Positions 1 through 8,043 are shown, numbered from the stretch's first letter. The stretch is DNA of 24,125 bases from Candidatus Altarchaeum sp. (GCA_018260615.1 JAGWDQ010000125.1:1-24125); one strand, 5' to 3'. A program made the numbers and translations. Notes: generated from the letters alone by a model not told the origin.

Positions 1-1
1 T

Positions 2-1093
2 CTTTATGAAGAAATCACAGAAGAATTTTGGGTTGCCGATGAATATCTCGTAGTTTATAGTGAAAATAGTATGAAAAAGTGTTTGAAAATGATAAAGGAC
101 AAGGAGGAATTGTATAAAACCGAAGGCGTCTATATTGAAAAGGACGGTGATAATGAAGTTATTAAAATGAGAACTATCATAATCTGGAATAAAAACAGTG
201 ATAAAAAAATCTGGTTTTATCCACTTACCTCCAGAGAGGAACTGTCTACTCTTGATGCTATAGATTTCACAAAATCAAGACAATGTATTGAGAACTCTTA
301 CAAACGAGGAATAAAAAAGTGTTTACTTGACGCATTCCCTGGCGGAAGATGTCTTGTAGAGAAACCACGCATCGAGAAACCGGACGCAGCACAAATTAAA
401 CAACTTGAAAGACAGATAAAGGTTTCTGACAAATGGATAAAAAAATATAATGAAAGAATAGCGAATCTGAATCAGTTACTTGAAGGTAGTAAAATTACAA
501 GTAAATGGCACAGAAGAGGAGTTGATGAATGTCTTTCGAATATAGAGAAACACGAAAATGAGAATCTTGTCAGACTGGCAAAAATCAGATATGGCGAAGG
601 AGGGCCAGAACCAGTGATTGAGGATGTTGAACTTGTTGATATGTCTGGTATGCAAATCCGTAATCAAATCAAAAATTTCTCGATAATTGGTCGCGATGAG
701 ACAATGAGGTCTTTTATTGAAAATGGTCTTAAACCTATTTTGAAGAAAGAATCAGAAGATAGAGCAAAAAAGAATGGAAAAAACGCAGATGAGATTTATC
801 AAAAGAGAATTAGAAACATCAAACAATGCAATGTGGAGAAGCCATTATTCCGAAGTGATGGAATAATTATAGTTGATGATTCAAGAAGAGTTGCTGTAGT
901 CGTGATAGATGTAGATGATGATGAAATATACAAAAAAGCATTCATGCGATGGTATCCAATGTTGAATAAAATGGGAGGTAAACTACGAATTGATGATGAT
1001 GTCGGATATGATTTGAAGTTTTATGGATTAGATGACGGTGAAAAATTTGAGGATGTGGTTTCGAGAGGAATCGACGCACTGGATGTTTTATAA
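2..1093 (+). CDS. Probable DDE transposase, C-terminal part (IS1380/IS4-like); 5' end lies outside the window
   Basis: The frame is open from position 2 (LYEEITEEFW...), upstream of the ORF-track ATG at 71. The segment RTIIIW...FYPLTS...FTKSRQCIENSYKRGIKKCLLDAFP resembles the last-catalytic-Glu motif (R-x3-E-N-x-K...K...LD-x-F/L-P) of IS4-superfamily/IS1380 transposases. The N-terminal DD residues are not in the window. Confidence 0.5.
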   Translation, partial: LYEEITEEFWVADEYLVVYSENSMKKCLKMIKDKEELYKTEGVYIEKDGDNEVIKMRTIIIWNKNSDKKIWFYPLTSREELSTLDAIDFTKSRQCIENSYKRGIKKCLLDAFPGGRCLVEKPRIEKPDAAQIKQLERQIKVSDKWIKKYNERIANLNQLLEGSKITSKWHRRGVDECLSNIEKHENENLVRLAKIRYGEGGPEPVIEDVELVDMSGMQIRNQIKNFSIIGRDETMRSFIENGLKPILKKESEDRAKKNGKNADEIYQKRIRNIKQCNVEKPLFRSDGIIIVDDSRRVAVVVIDVDDDEIYKKAFMRWYPMLNKMGGKLRIDDDVGYDLKFYGLDDGEKFEDVVSRGIDALDVL

Positions 1094-1271
1094 AATTTTG
1101 AACATGCAAAACTTACGAAATCAGGGGTCTTAAAGAAATTACTGAAACAATTACCTTTATTTTAAATTTTATATACTCCCAAATTTCTGAACGATTTTAA
1201 ATATGGACGAAGTGAGCTTTTAAGCGAGTGAAATAAATTTAACCATCAAATGTTAATAAATTCAATATATA

Positions 1272-3467
1272 CTATAATTTCTTAAGTAATTTCACAACCT
1301 CAAGATGATTATGCAGATTAAACCTTGAATATGACAGGAACATTCCGACTTTAATAGTATATGCATCCTTCGGAAGAATTTTAAACAAGTCCTCATCTGT
1401 CCAGTCATCACCTATTGCCAGTACAAAATCATAATCATCATTCATAAATTGCATTGCCGCACTGCCCTTATTTACTCCTCCGTTCCTGACTTCAATTACC
1501 TTGCTTCCCTGTAAAACCTGAACATCTAAATTTGCAGTGAAATTTATTATTTCATCCCTAAGTTCCTTTGCCTTTTGCGATGCCAGTTCAACATCGCTTT
1601 TTCTGTAATGCCACACTACTGAAAAATCCTTTTCTTCAATAAAAGAATAAGGGACCCTATCCACATAATCCTGAAGTATGGAAAGTATTTTTGGTTTCCA
1701 TTTTGTATCTAATTTTCTAATCTGTCTCCATTCACCATCACCATCCTTTTCTTTTATATGGACACCATGTTCTGCTATGAATCCAACATTAAAATTTCCG
1801 AACAGTTTCTGAAGCGTTTTCCTGTCCCTGCCACTTATAATTATTACATAATTTTTATCATCATCTGAAATTTTCCTTAAAATTTCTAAAATTTCGTCGC
1901 CCGGAATTGCATCTTCAGGACGGTCAGCAAAAGGAACTAATGTTCCGTCGTAATCTAAAAATATAAGTCGTTTGTTTGCATTAACATAGTCATTTATCAT
2001 CAGTCCTTCATCATTCTTATTCAGCAATCTCATTTCAAGTATTTTCTGTTCTTCCTTCACAGATAACAACTCTGAAATAAAATCATCGCCCCATTTAATT
2101 ATGTCATACCTTCTCAATCTGTCCTGCATAATTTTATTGCGTCTGATTTGTTCTTCCACAGGCATCTCTAATGCCAACTTTAATCCGTCTGCTATTTCTT
2201 CAAGGGAGTTTGGATTTATTATAATTGCCTCTCCAAGTTCTTTTGACGCTCCTGCCATCTCACTCAAAATTAAAACGCCCTTTTCATCACTTCTTGTGGC
2301 AATATATTCCTTTGCGATTAAATTCATCCCGTCTCTCAAAGGAGTTATTAAGGCAACATCGCTAATTGCGTAATAAGATGTCAGCATCTCAAACGGAAGT
2401 GAAGTGAACTGATAATTTATCGGAGTCCATTTAATATTTCCAAATTTTCCGTTTATCCTTCCGATATATTCATCAATCTGTCTTTTCATCGCCTGATAAT
2501 GCTCAACCACAACGCGGGAAGGAACTAAAACGAGAACAAGCGCGACTTTATTATGCCACTGCGGATTCTTCTCCAAAAATAATTCATATCCCTGCAAACG
2601 ATTTATTATACCTTTCGTATAGTCCAGGCGGTCAATTGATAAAATAATTTTAAAATTTTTCAACACCTTTTCAATTTTTCCAAAATTTTTCTTTACCTTT
2701 ATGTTATCAATAGACCTGTTAAATTTGTTAAAGTCAATACCCATCGGAAATACATCCGCTTTAATGATTCTGTTGCCATAAATTTTTCCCATCTCATGAT
2801 CATAGCCGAGAACGCGAATAATTGACCTTAAGAAATGCTGAACATATCCATGCGTATGGAAGCCAATAATATCCGCTCCTAACATCCCGTCAAGTATATC
2901 TCTTTGCCATTTTCCCGGAATAAGGCAAAATATTTCATAAGAAGGAAAAGGAATATGAAGGAAAAAGCCAATAGAAATGTCTTGAATTTTGCCTCTCAAA
3001 ATTTTTGGGAGAAGCATCAAATGATAGTCCTGTATCCAGACGATATCGTCTTTCCTTAAAATTTCCATCAATGCATCGCAAAAAATTTTATTAACCTCGT
3101 TGTAAAAATTCCAGTATTCCTCCTTATACCTGACATAAGAAGAGAAGTAGTGGAATAACGGCCATAATGTGCTATTGCAAAATCCGTTATAAAAATTTTC
3201 CATACTTTTTTCAGGCAGAAAAACAGGATGGCATTTAAATTTTTTAAGTTTCTCTTTAACCACTTCCTTTTCTTCATCTCCGAATGTAGCTCCGGGCCAC
3301 CCAACCCACACATAATCATCAAATGCCTCATGTTTGCCCTCCAAATATGTCTTTAATCCGGAAACCAGACCGCCGGGACTTTGCTGAAATTTAAATTTTT
3401 CTCCGTTCTTTTTTGTTGCGAGCGGCAAACGATTTGCAACAATAACCAGTCTTCGCTCTTTTTTCAT
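1272..3467 (-). CDS. otsAB: Bifunctional trehalose-6-phosphate synthase/phosphatase (GT20 OtsA + HAD OtsB fusion, TPSP)
   Basis: GT20 motifs: IVANRLP, WPLFHY, WIQDYHL, FFLHIPFP, IDRLDYTKGI, LRDGMNLIAKEY. C-terminal HAD motifs: FLDYDGTL, ISGR, NKG, GDDWTDED. 731 aa. Confidence 0.95.
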   Translation of the reverse strand: MKKERRLVIVANRLPLATKKNGEKFKFQQSPGGLVSGLKTYLEGKHEAFDDYVWVGWPGATFGDEEKEVVKEKLKKFKCHPVFLPEKSMENFYNGFCNSTLWPLFHYFSSYVRYKEEYWNFYNEVNKIFCDALMEILRKDDIVWIQDYHLMLLPKILRGKIQDISIGFFLHIPFPSYEIFCLIPGKWQRDILDGMLGADIIGFHTHGYVQHFLRSIIRVLGYDHEMGKIYGNRIIKADVFPMGIDFNKFNRSIDNIKVKKNFGKIEKVLKNFKIILSIDRLDYTKGIINRLQGYELFLEKNPQWHNKVALVLVLVPSRVVVEHYQAMKRQIDEYIGRINGKFGNIKWTPINYQFTSLPFEMLTSYYAISDVALITPLRDGMNLIAKEYIATRSDEKGVLILSEMAGASKELGEAIIINPNSLEEIADGLKLALEMPVEEQIRRNKIMQDRLRRYDIIKWGDDFISELLSVKEEQKILEMRLLNKNDEGLMINDYVNANKRLIFLDYDGTLVPFADRPEDAIPGDEILEILRKISDDDKNYVIIISGRDRKTLQKLFGNFNVGFIAEHGVHIKEKDGDGEWRQIRKLDTKWKPKILSILQDYVDRVPYSFIEEKDFSVVWHYRKSDVELASQKAKELRDEIINFTANLDVQVLQGSKVIEVRNGGVNKGSAAMQFMNDDYDFVLAIGDDWTDEDLFKILPKDAYTIKVGMFLSYSRFNLHNHLEVVKLLKKL

Positions 3468-4522
3468 TGTTTCTCATTTTTAAAATATATATTCCTTGCA
3501 GGAAATGAAATTTCTATTCCTTCTTTATCATATCTTGCTTTTAATTTTTTAATAAATTCGTGAGTAACCGGATATTGGTCAACAAATTTCTCAACCCTTA
3601 AAATTATGCTGAAATTTATATTTGAATCATCAAATTTATTGTATCTGATGAAAGGTTCAAAATTTTTAACTGCTCCGGCAACATTTTGCTGTATTTCCTT
3701 TGCCACTTCAATAGTTATTTTTTCAACATTTTCAAGGTCAGAATTATAAGAAACCCCGCAAGGCAGAACTACTGCCATCTCCTCTTCAAGAGTATAATAA
3801 TTTGTAACTATGTTTTGTGATAATTTTAAATTAGGGATTATAATATAATTATTTTGTAATGTCTTAATGCGAACGCTTCTCCACCCGACATCTTCAACAT
3901 AACCCTTCATCCCGTTTTCCAGTTCTATATACTCGCCAATCTTTATACGACGATCTGCGATAATAAAAACGCCTGCAAAGAAATTTGATAAAGGATCCTG
4001 CAATGCCAAAGCAATTGCCAGTCCGGCAATTCCCAAGCCGGCTATAAGAGGAGTAATTTGAACTTTAAAGACCTCGCTTAAAATATATATTGCAGCAATC
4101 GCATACACAAATCCGATAATTATTTTTCTTAATATCGGTAAAAACTGCTCTTCAAATTTTGTGTCTGTTTTTATTGGTATTTCTGAGCTGTACCATTTTA
4201 TAAATCCATTAATTATTCTATCAACAAACAATACTATAATTAAAATAAATATCAGAGTAAAAATTTTCTGAATCTCGGAGTGATAATTTAAAGTAAGATT
4301 TAATTGCATTAATGCGAAATATAATCCGATAAAAATCATCAGGAAATTTACAGGCAATTTTATTATTTTCAAAATTTCATCGTCAAGTGTCGTTTTTGTT
4401 TTTTTCACCCATTTTATAACAAATTTTTCAAGAATGAAATTTGCGAGCTTTGCAACAATTGCAGAGACCGTTATTATAATTAAAGCAATTACTACATCTG
4501 AATAATTTTCAATACCCAACAT
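3464..4522 (-). CDS. mscS: Small-conductance mechanosensitive channel (MscS family), copy 1
   Basis: N-terminal TM helices, AGLGIAGLAIALALQDPLSNFFAG, IGEYI, VEDVGWRSVRI, IIIPN, C-terminal GIEISFP. Its stop overlaps the TPSP start (ATGA at 3464-3467). Confidence 0.95.
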   Translation of the reverse strand: MLGIENYSDVVIALIIITVSAIVAKLANFILEKFVIKWVKKTKTTLDDEILKIIKLPVNFLMIFIGLYFALMQLNLTLNYHSEIQKIFTLIFILIIVLFVDRIINGFIKWYSSEIPIKTDTKFEEQFLPILRKIIIGFVYAIAAIYILSEVFKVQITPLIAGLGIAGLAIALALQDPLSNFFAGVFIIADRRIKIGEYIELENGMKGYVEDVGWRSVRIKTLQNNYIIIPNLKLSQNIVTNYYTLEEEMAVVLPCGVSYNSDLENVEKITIEVAKEIQQNVAGAVKNFEPFIRYNKFDDSNINFSIILRVEKFVDQYPVTHEFIKKLKARYDKEGIEISFPARNIYFKNEKQ

Positions 4523-4537
4523 TTTAAATTTTTGATT

Positions 4538-4563
4538 ATATATTACGATTAAAACAATAAAAA
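4538..4563 (-). promoter_or_regulatory. 26-bp upstream block shared by both mscS paralogs (copy 1)
   Basis: ATATATTACGATTAAAACAATAAAAA (+ strand) is identical at 4538-4563 and 8018-8043. This copy lies 16-41 nt upstream of the mscS1 ATG. Promoter function is inferred. Confidence 0.55.
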
Positions 4564-4928
4564 ATAAGTTCGTTTCACTCTCATTTAAAATTTATTTGTA
4601 ACTATTCAGCCATCTAAATTACGGGTAAGTCCTTTGACTTTTTACGCTCACTTCCTTCGTGTATTTACAAAATGTTTCAAACATTTTGTAAGATTGAAAA
4701 TCTTATAGATTTTCAGTATTTCAAACAAGTTTGAAAATTGCATTTTTTGAAAATTTTCACAGGTAATTTAAAAATGCTTCAGCATTTTTAAAGATTGAAA
4801 ATCTTATAGATTTTCAGTATAGATTTTCAGTAATTTTATACTATATAGGACTTACGCATTTTACCTTGTGAAAAAACTTAAAAACCAAAAATTTGTATTG
4901 CTTTTGCGTAAGTCCTGCTATGTATATT
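4563..4928 (+). repeat. Long direct repeat, copy A (366 bp)
   Basis: Near-identical to 5157-5602 (start offset 594), from AATAAGTTCGTTTCAC to GCTATGTATATT. It differs mainly in the number of internal hairpin modules. Confidence 0.95.
4846..4917. mobile_element. 72-bp MITE, copy A (AGGACTTACGCA TIR)
   Basis: 12-bp perfect TIR AGGACTTACGCA (4847-4858) / TGCGTAAGTCCT (4905-4916). Flanks CTATA / CTATG (5-bp TSD with one mismatch). Confidence 0.75.
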
Positions 4929-4929
4929 A

Positions 4930-5155
4930 GACCAGTTGCGAAATAATTTTCAATCTATTGTTATTTTAAATTTATTTAAAATCTCCGAACAGAGTGAGGT
5001 GACAATATATTTACAACAATTATGAATTTTTTCCCTCATTTTAAATTTATTTAAAATCTCCGAGCAACAGCGAGGTGATAAAAAAATAAATTTTAAGAGG
5101 GTTAATCTATTGTCATAGTATAAAATAGCTCATATAAACTATTTCGCAACAACTC
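4930..5155. mobile_element. ~226-bp MITE with TA-flanked ends, between repeat copies A and B
   Basis: Imperfect TIR, 19/23 including flanks, with a perfect core GTTGCGAAATA (4935-4945) / TATTTCGCAAC (5140-5150). TA on both sides (4928-4929, 5156-5157). Two internal copies of TTTAAATTTATTTAAAATCTCCGA...GAGGTGA. Confidence 0.7.
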
Positions 5156-5156
5156 T

Positions 5157-5602
5157 AATAAGTTCGTTTCACTCTCATTTAAAATTTATTTGTAACTATT
5201 CAGCCATCTAAATTACGGGTAAGTCCTTTGACTTTTTACGCTCACTTCCTTCGTGTATTTACAAAATGTTTCAAACATTTTGTAAGATTGAAAATCTTAT
5301 AGATTTTCAGTATTTCAAACAAGTTTGAAAATTGCATTTTTTGAAAATTTTCACAGGTAATTTAAAAATGCTTCAGCATTTTTAAAGATTGAAAATTTTA
5401 TAAATTTTCAGTATTTAAAAATCTTGTAGATTTTTAAAGATTGAAAATCTCATTTAAAAATACTTCAAGTATTTTTAAAGATTGAAAATCTTGTAGATTT
5501 TCAGTAATTTTATACTATGTAGGACTTACGCATTTTACCTTGTGAAAAAACTTAAAAACCAAAAATTTGTATTGCTTTTGCGTAAGTCCTGCTATGTATA
5601 TT
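5157..5602 (+). repeat. Long direct repeat, copy B (446 bp)
   Basis: Matches 4563-4928, with about 80 bp of additional hairpin modules around 5414-5480. Confidence 0.95.
5520..5591. mobile_element. 72-bp MITE, copy B
   Basis: Same element as 4846-4917. Here both flanks are CTATG (5515-5519, 5592-5596), a perfect 5-bp TSD. Confidence 0.8.
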
Positions 5603-5713
5603 GTACAAAAGTTTCCCATTTCAATTTATTCCCTTAACAAATCACCTCAATGTTGTTCGGAGATTTTAAAATCTGCTGATTTTAAAATCACCTCATTTCA
5701 TTCAGAGATTTTA

Positions 5714-5898
5714 ACTTGACTTTGTCATATTTCAAAACATCATCTAAAAATTTAAAATTTTTAAAGCCGAAAATTGCCGAAATACGAATTTAAAATTTTT
5801 ATTTTTAAGCAATAAAAAAATCACACAGATTTTTTTAGATTGAAAACTCAAAGTTTTCAGTATAAAGCATTTAAAATTTTAATCTGACAAAGTCAAGT
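5714..5898. mobile_element. 185-bp MITE with TA duplication (ACTTGACTTTGTCA TIR)
   Basis: 14-bp perfect TIR, with TA at 5712-5713 and 5899-5900. Removing it restores AGATTTTAAAATCTGTTGATTTT, matching the uninterrupted sister motif AGATTTTAAAATCTGCTGATTTT about 45 bp upstream. TA duplication is typical of IS630/Tc1-mariner. Confidence 0.75.
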
Positions 5899-5937
5899 TA
5901 AAATCTGTTGATTTTTAAATGACATTTTGAGTTTATT

Positions 5938-6090
5938 TAGGGCGTCCTAACTCGTGAAAAAAACCACCTGCTTACTGGTGCCGATTAACGAGTTTTTACC
6001 TTAAAAACCCACAAAATATGCTGGTTTCAAAAAAACCAGTATCGTTTGATTAGATTTAGGAGTGGTTTTTTGGAGCATTAGGACGCCCTA
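5938..6090. mobile_element. 153-bp MITE (TAGGGCGTCCTAA TIR)
   Basis: 13-bp perfect TIR TAGGGCGTCCTAA (5938-5950) / TTAGGACGCCCTA (6078-6090). Subterminal complementarity AAAAAACCAC / GTGGTTTTTT. Higher GC than its flanks. The terminal TA may be the TSD. Confidence 0.8.
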
Positions 6091-6227
6091 TATGTATATA
6101 TTTAATCTTAATAATTTAACGAACTCGGAAACTTTTGATTGTATTGATATATTCGTACCATTAAAATGTATTCAACACCTCTGAATAGTTACATTTGTTT
6201 TAAAGATTGAAAATCTCAAAGATTTTC

Positions 6228-6398
6228 GGTGCTCATCCCTTTAAATTGGGTTAATTAATTTGTGAGTGATATTTTAAAAATCTGCTTAAAAGAAATCTCA
6301 AAATTGAATATTATAAATTTAATTTTAAACACCATATTTATAAAAATATTGGCAAAAAAACAAATATATAATTATCCCAATTTTAGTGGGTCAGCACC
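6228..6398. mobile_element. 171-bp MITE with 8-bp TSD (GGTGCT... TIR; IS1/IS1595-like ends)
   Basis: 30-bp imperfect TIR (24/30) starting GGTGCT and ending AGCACC. Perfect TSD AGATTTTC (6220-6227, 6399-6406). Removal restores an intact hairpin module GATTGAAAATCT-CAA-AGATTTTCAGTA. The family assignment is inferred from the GG start and 8-bp TSD only. Confidence 0.85.
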
Positions 6399-6410
6399 AG
6401 ATTTTCAGTA

Positions 6411-6576
6411 TTTAAAAATTTCGTAAATTTTTAAAGATTGAAACCTCACAGGTTTCAGTATATTTCAAAAATTTCATTTTTGAAATCACTTCACTCTGAT
6501 AGTTTATTTTCAAGATAAATCTTGAAAATAATTTCGCTTCGTTCAAATATTTTCAAATAATTTACTTATTTGAAAA
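6411..6576. repeat. Cluster of perfect AT-rich hairpins downstream of mscS2
   Basis: TTTAAAAATTT-CGT-AAATTTTTAAA; TGAAACCT-CAC-AGGTTTCA; ATTTCAAAAAT-TTC-ATTTTTGAAAT; TTATTTTCAAGAT-AA-ATCTTGAAAATAA; TTTTCAAATAA-TTTAC-TTATTTGAAAA. Confidence 0.8.
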
Positions 6577-6686
6577 TGACACCTTTCAAATGGATTCAGG
6601 AGTATTTGTTTATGACTGCTATTCAAAGGATATTTTCAAACTTGTGAAAATTTTTATAACTCCAATTAAAACCATAAAGTAAATGC

Positions 6687-7757
6687 TTACTGCTCATCTT
6701 TTTTGATAAAAACCATTTGGGTGGGATATGCAAACTCTATCCCCTCTTTCTCAAATCTTTCCCTGATAGCAAAGTTTATATCCTGCTGGATGTCCATGTA
6801 TTTATTGTAGTCGCTGGAGTTAACATAATAAACAATTTCAAAATTCAAACTGAAATCGCCGAATTCCTTAAAGTGAACTCTGTTGAGGTCAGCCAGTTCG
6901 ATTTTATCAAAAATATCCTTTATTATTTTAAGAATCATTTTCAGTTTTTCTGTCGATGTCTCGTAGATCACACCACACTTAAAGACAATCCTCCTTTTTT
7001 CCATCTTTTTATAATTATTGATTCTGCTGGATGTCAGTTCCTGGTTTGAAATGACTATTTCCTGGCCCCATAAACTCTCCAGCCTGGTGGTTTTTATACC
7101 CGTGTGCTTAACAACTCCCATATCATTTCCCACTATGATAAAATCGCCTCTCTTAAAGGGTTTGTCAAAATATATAGAAAAAGATGCGAATATGTCGGCA
7201 AGGACGCTCTGCAGAGCAATGGCAATCGCAAGCCCGCCGATTCCAAGCCCGGCGATTAATACAGATATGTCGTAAAAATTTGATAAAATGAGGAGTGCTG
7301 CAATCAGCCACAAGGAGAATTTCAGGATTCTACTAAGGAGCTCTATAACAGAAGTGTCTTCTTCCCCTTTCTCTTCGCGCCGCCTTTGTATTGTTTTGTG
7401 CGTAATGTAATCAATTACATCTTGTAGGATCCTAACAGCGTAATAAATAATGGACAAAAGTATGAAGTAATACATAAAGGTCCCTATATGCTCTGGTATT
7501 TTGATGAACATCATAGCAAAATACAACGACAACAATACATAAAAAGGCCAGCCCACCTTATCAATACTATTAATCACAAAATCATCTAAATCTGTTTTGG
7601 TTTTGTAGGATAATTTTTTTAGTTTGCGGATTACCCAATATTTAAAAATTTTTAAGATACCAATCGCTAATACAAATATCACTAAAGCTACTATGTATTC
7701 ACCTATAGAATTACCTACAATCGGGTAAGCCAAAATATCCGTGCTGTTAAATGCCAT
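6687..7757 (-). CDS. mscS: Small-conductance mechanosensitive channel (MscS family), copy 2
   Basis: AGLGIGGLAIAIALQSVLADIFAS, DKPFKRGDFI, GIKTTRL, C-terminal GIEFAYPTQ. 356 aa. Confidence 0.95.
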   Translation of the reverse strand: MAFNSTDILAYPIVGNSIGEYIVALVIFVLAIGILKIFKYWVIRKLKKLSYKTKTDLDDFVINSIDKVGWPFYVLLSLYFAMMFIKIPEHIGTFMYYFILLSIIYYAVRILQDVIDYITHKTIQRRREEKGEEDTSVIELLSRILKFSLWLIAALLILSNFYDISVLIAGLGIGGLAIAIALQSVLADIFASFSIYFDKPFKRGDFIIVGNDMGVVKHTGIKTTRLESLWGQEIVISNQELTSSRINNYKKMEKRRIVFKCGVIYETSTEKLKMILKIIKDIFDKIELADLNRVHFKEFGDFSLNFEIVYYVNSSDYNKYMDIQQDINFAIRERFEKEGIEFAYPTQMVFIKKDEQ

Positions 7758-7781
7758 AGTAAATATTATTATTCAATTTTT

Positions 7782-7976
7782 GTAATTACTCACCCCCTAT
7801 AAAAAATTACGGGTAAATTTTTGATTTTTACGCTCACTCCGTTCGTGTATTTCAAAAACTTCGTTTTTGAAATTGTATTTTTTTTGAAATTTTCACAGGT
7901 AATTTAAAAATCTTGCAGATTTTTAAAGATTGAAAACTCATAGTTTTCAGTAATTTCCTACCCCGTGAGTAGTTAC
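7782..7976. mobile_element. 195-bp MITE of the GTAA(C/T)TA(C/T)TCA family carrying the hairpin cargo
   Basis: TIR GTAATTACTCAC (7782-7793) / GTGAGTAGTTAC (7965-7976), 11/12. Perfect 8-bp TSD CAATTTTT (7774-7781, 7977-7984). The interior (TTACGGGTAA...TTACGCTCACT...TTCACAGGTAATTTAAAAAT...TTTTCAGTAATTT) is homologous to 4619-4835 and 5213-5510. A solo end-like GTAATTATTCAGAGG follows at 7987-8001. Confidence 0.85.
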
Positions 7977-8017
7977 CAATTTTTTAGTAATTATTCAGAG
8001 GTCTTAATTTTATGATA

Positions 8018-8043
8018 ATATATTACGATTAAAACAATAAAAA
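8018..8043 (-). promoter_or_regulatory. 26-bp upstream block shared by both mscS paralogs (copy 2)
   Basis: Identical to 4538-4563. Separated from the mscS2 ATG by the 7782-7976 MITE. Confidence 0.5.

Larger units (their letters stand above)
5606..6137. mobile_element. 532-bp nested MITE shell (CAAAAGTTTCC TIR)
   Basis: 11-bp perfect TIR CAAAAGTTTCC (5606-5616) / GGAAACTTTTG (6127-6137). Perfect 6-bp flanking duplication ATTGTA (5600-5605, 6138-6143). Confidence 0.65.
5192..6192. mobile_element. ~1-kb non-coding composite MITE shell (GTAACTATTCAG TIR)
   Basis: Perfect 12-bp TIR GTAACTATTCAG (5192-5203; duplicated at 4598-4609) / CTGAATAGTTAC (6181-6192). 8-bp flanks ATTTATTT / ATTTGTTT (7/8, TSD-like). 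No ORF of 60 aa or more inside. Confidence 0.7.

Noticed and set aside
4665-5510. CRISPR array formed by the recurring palindromes
   Set aside because: There are no unique spacers of uniform length. Units abut each other, stems vary between copies and no cas genes are in the window.
4523-6686. Hidden protein-coding gene or transposase pseudogene in the long intergenic region
   Set aside because: The ORF track shows nothing of 60 aa or more, and most of the sequence is explained by repeats and TIR-bounded elements.
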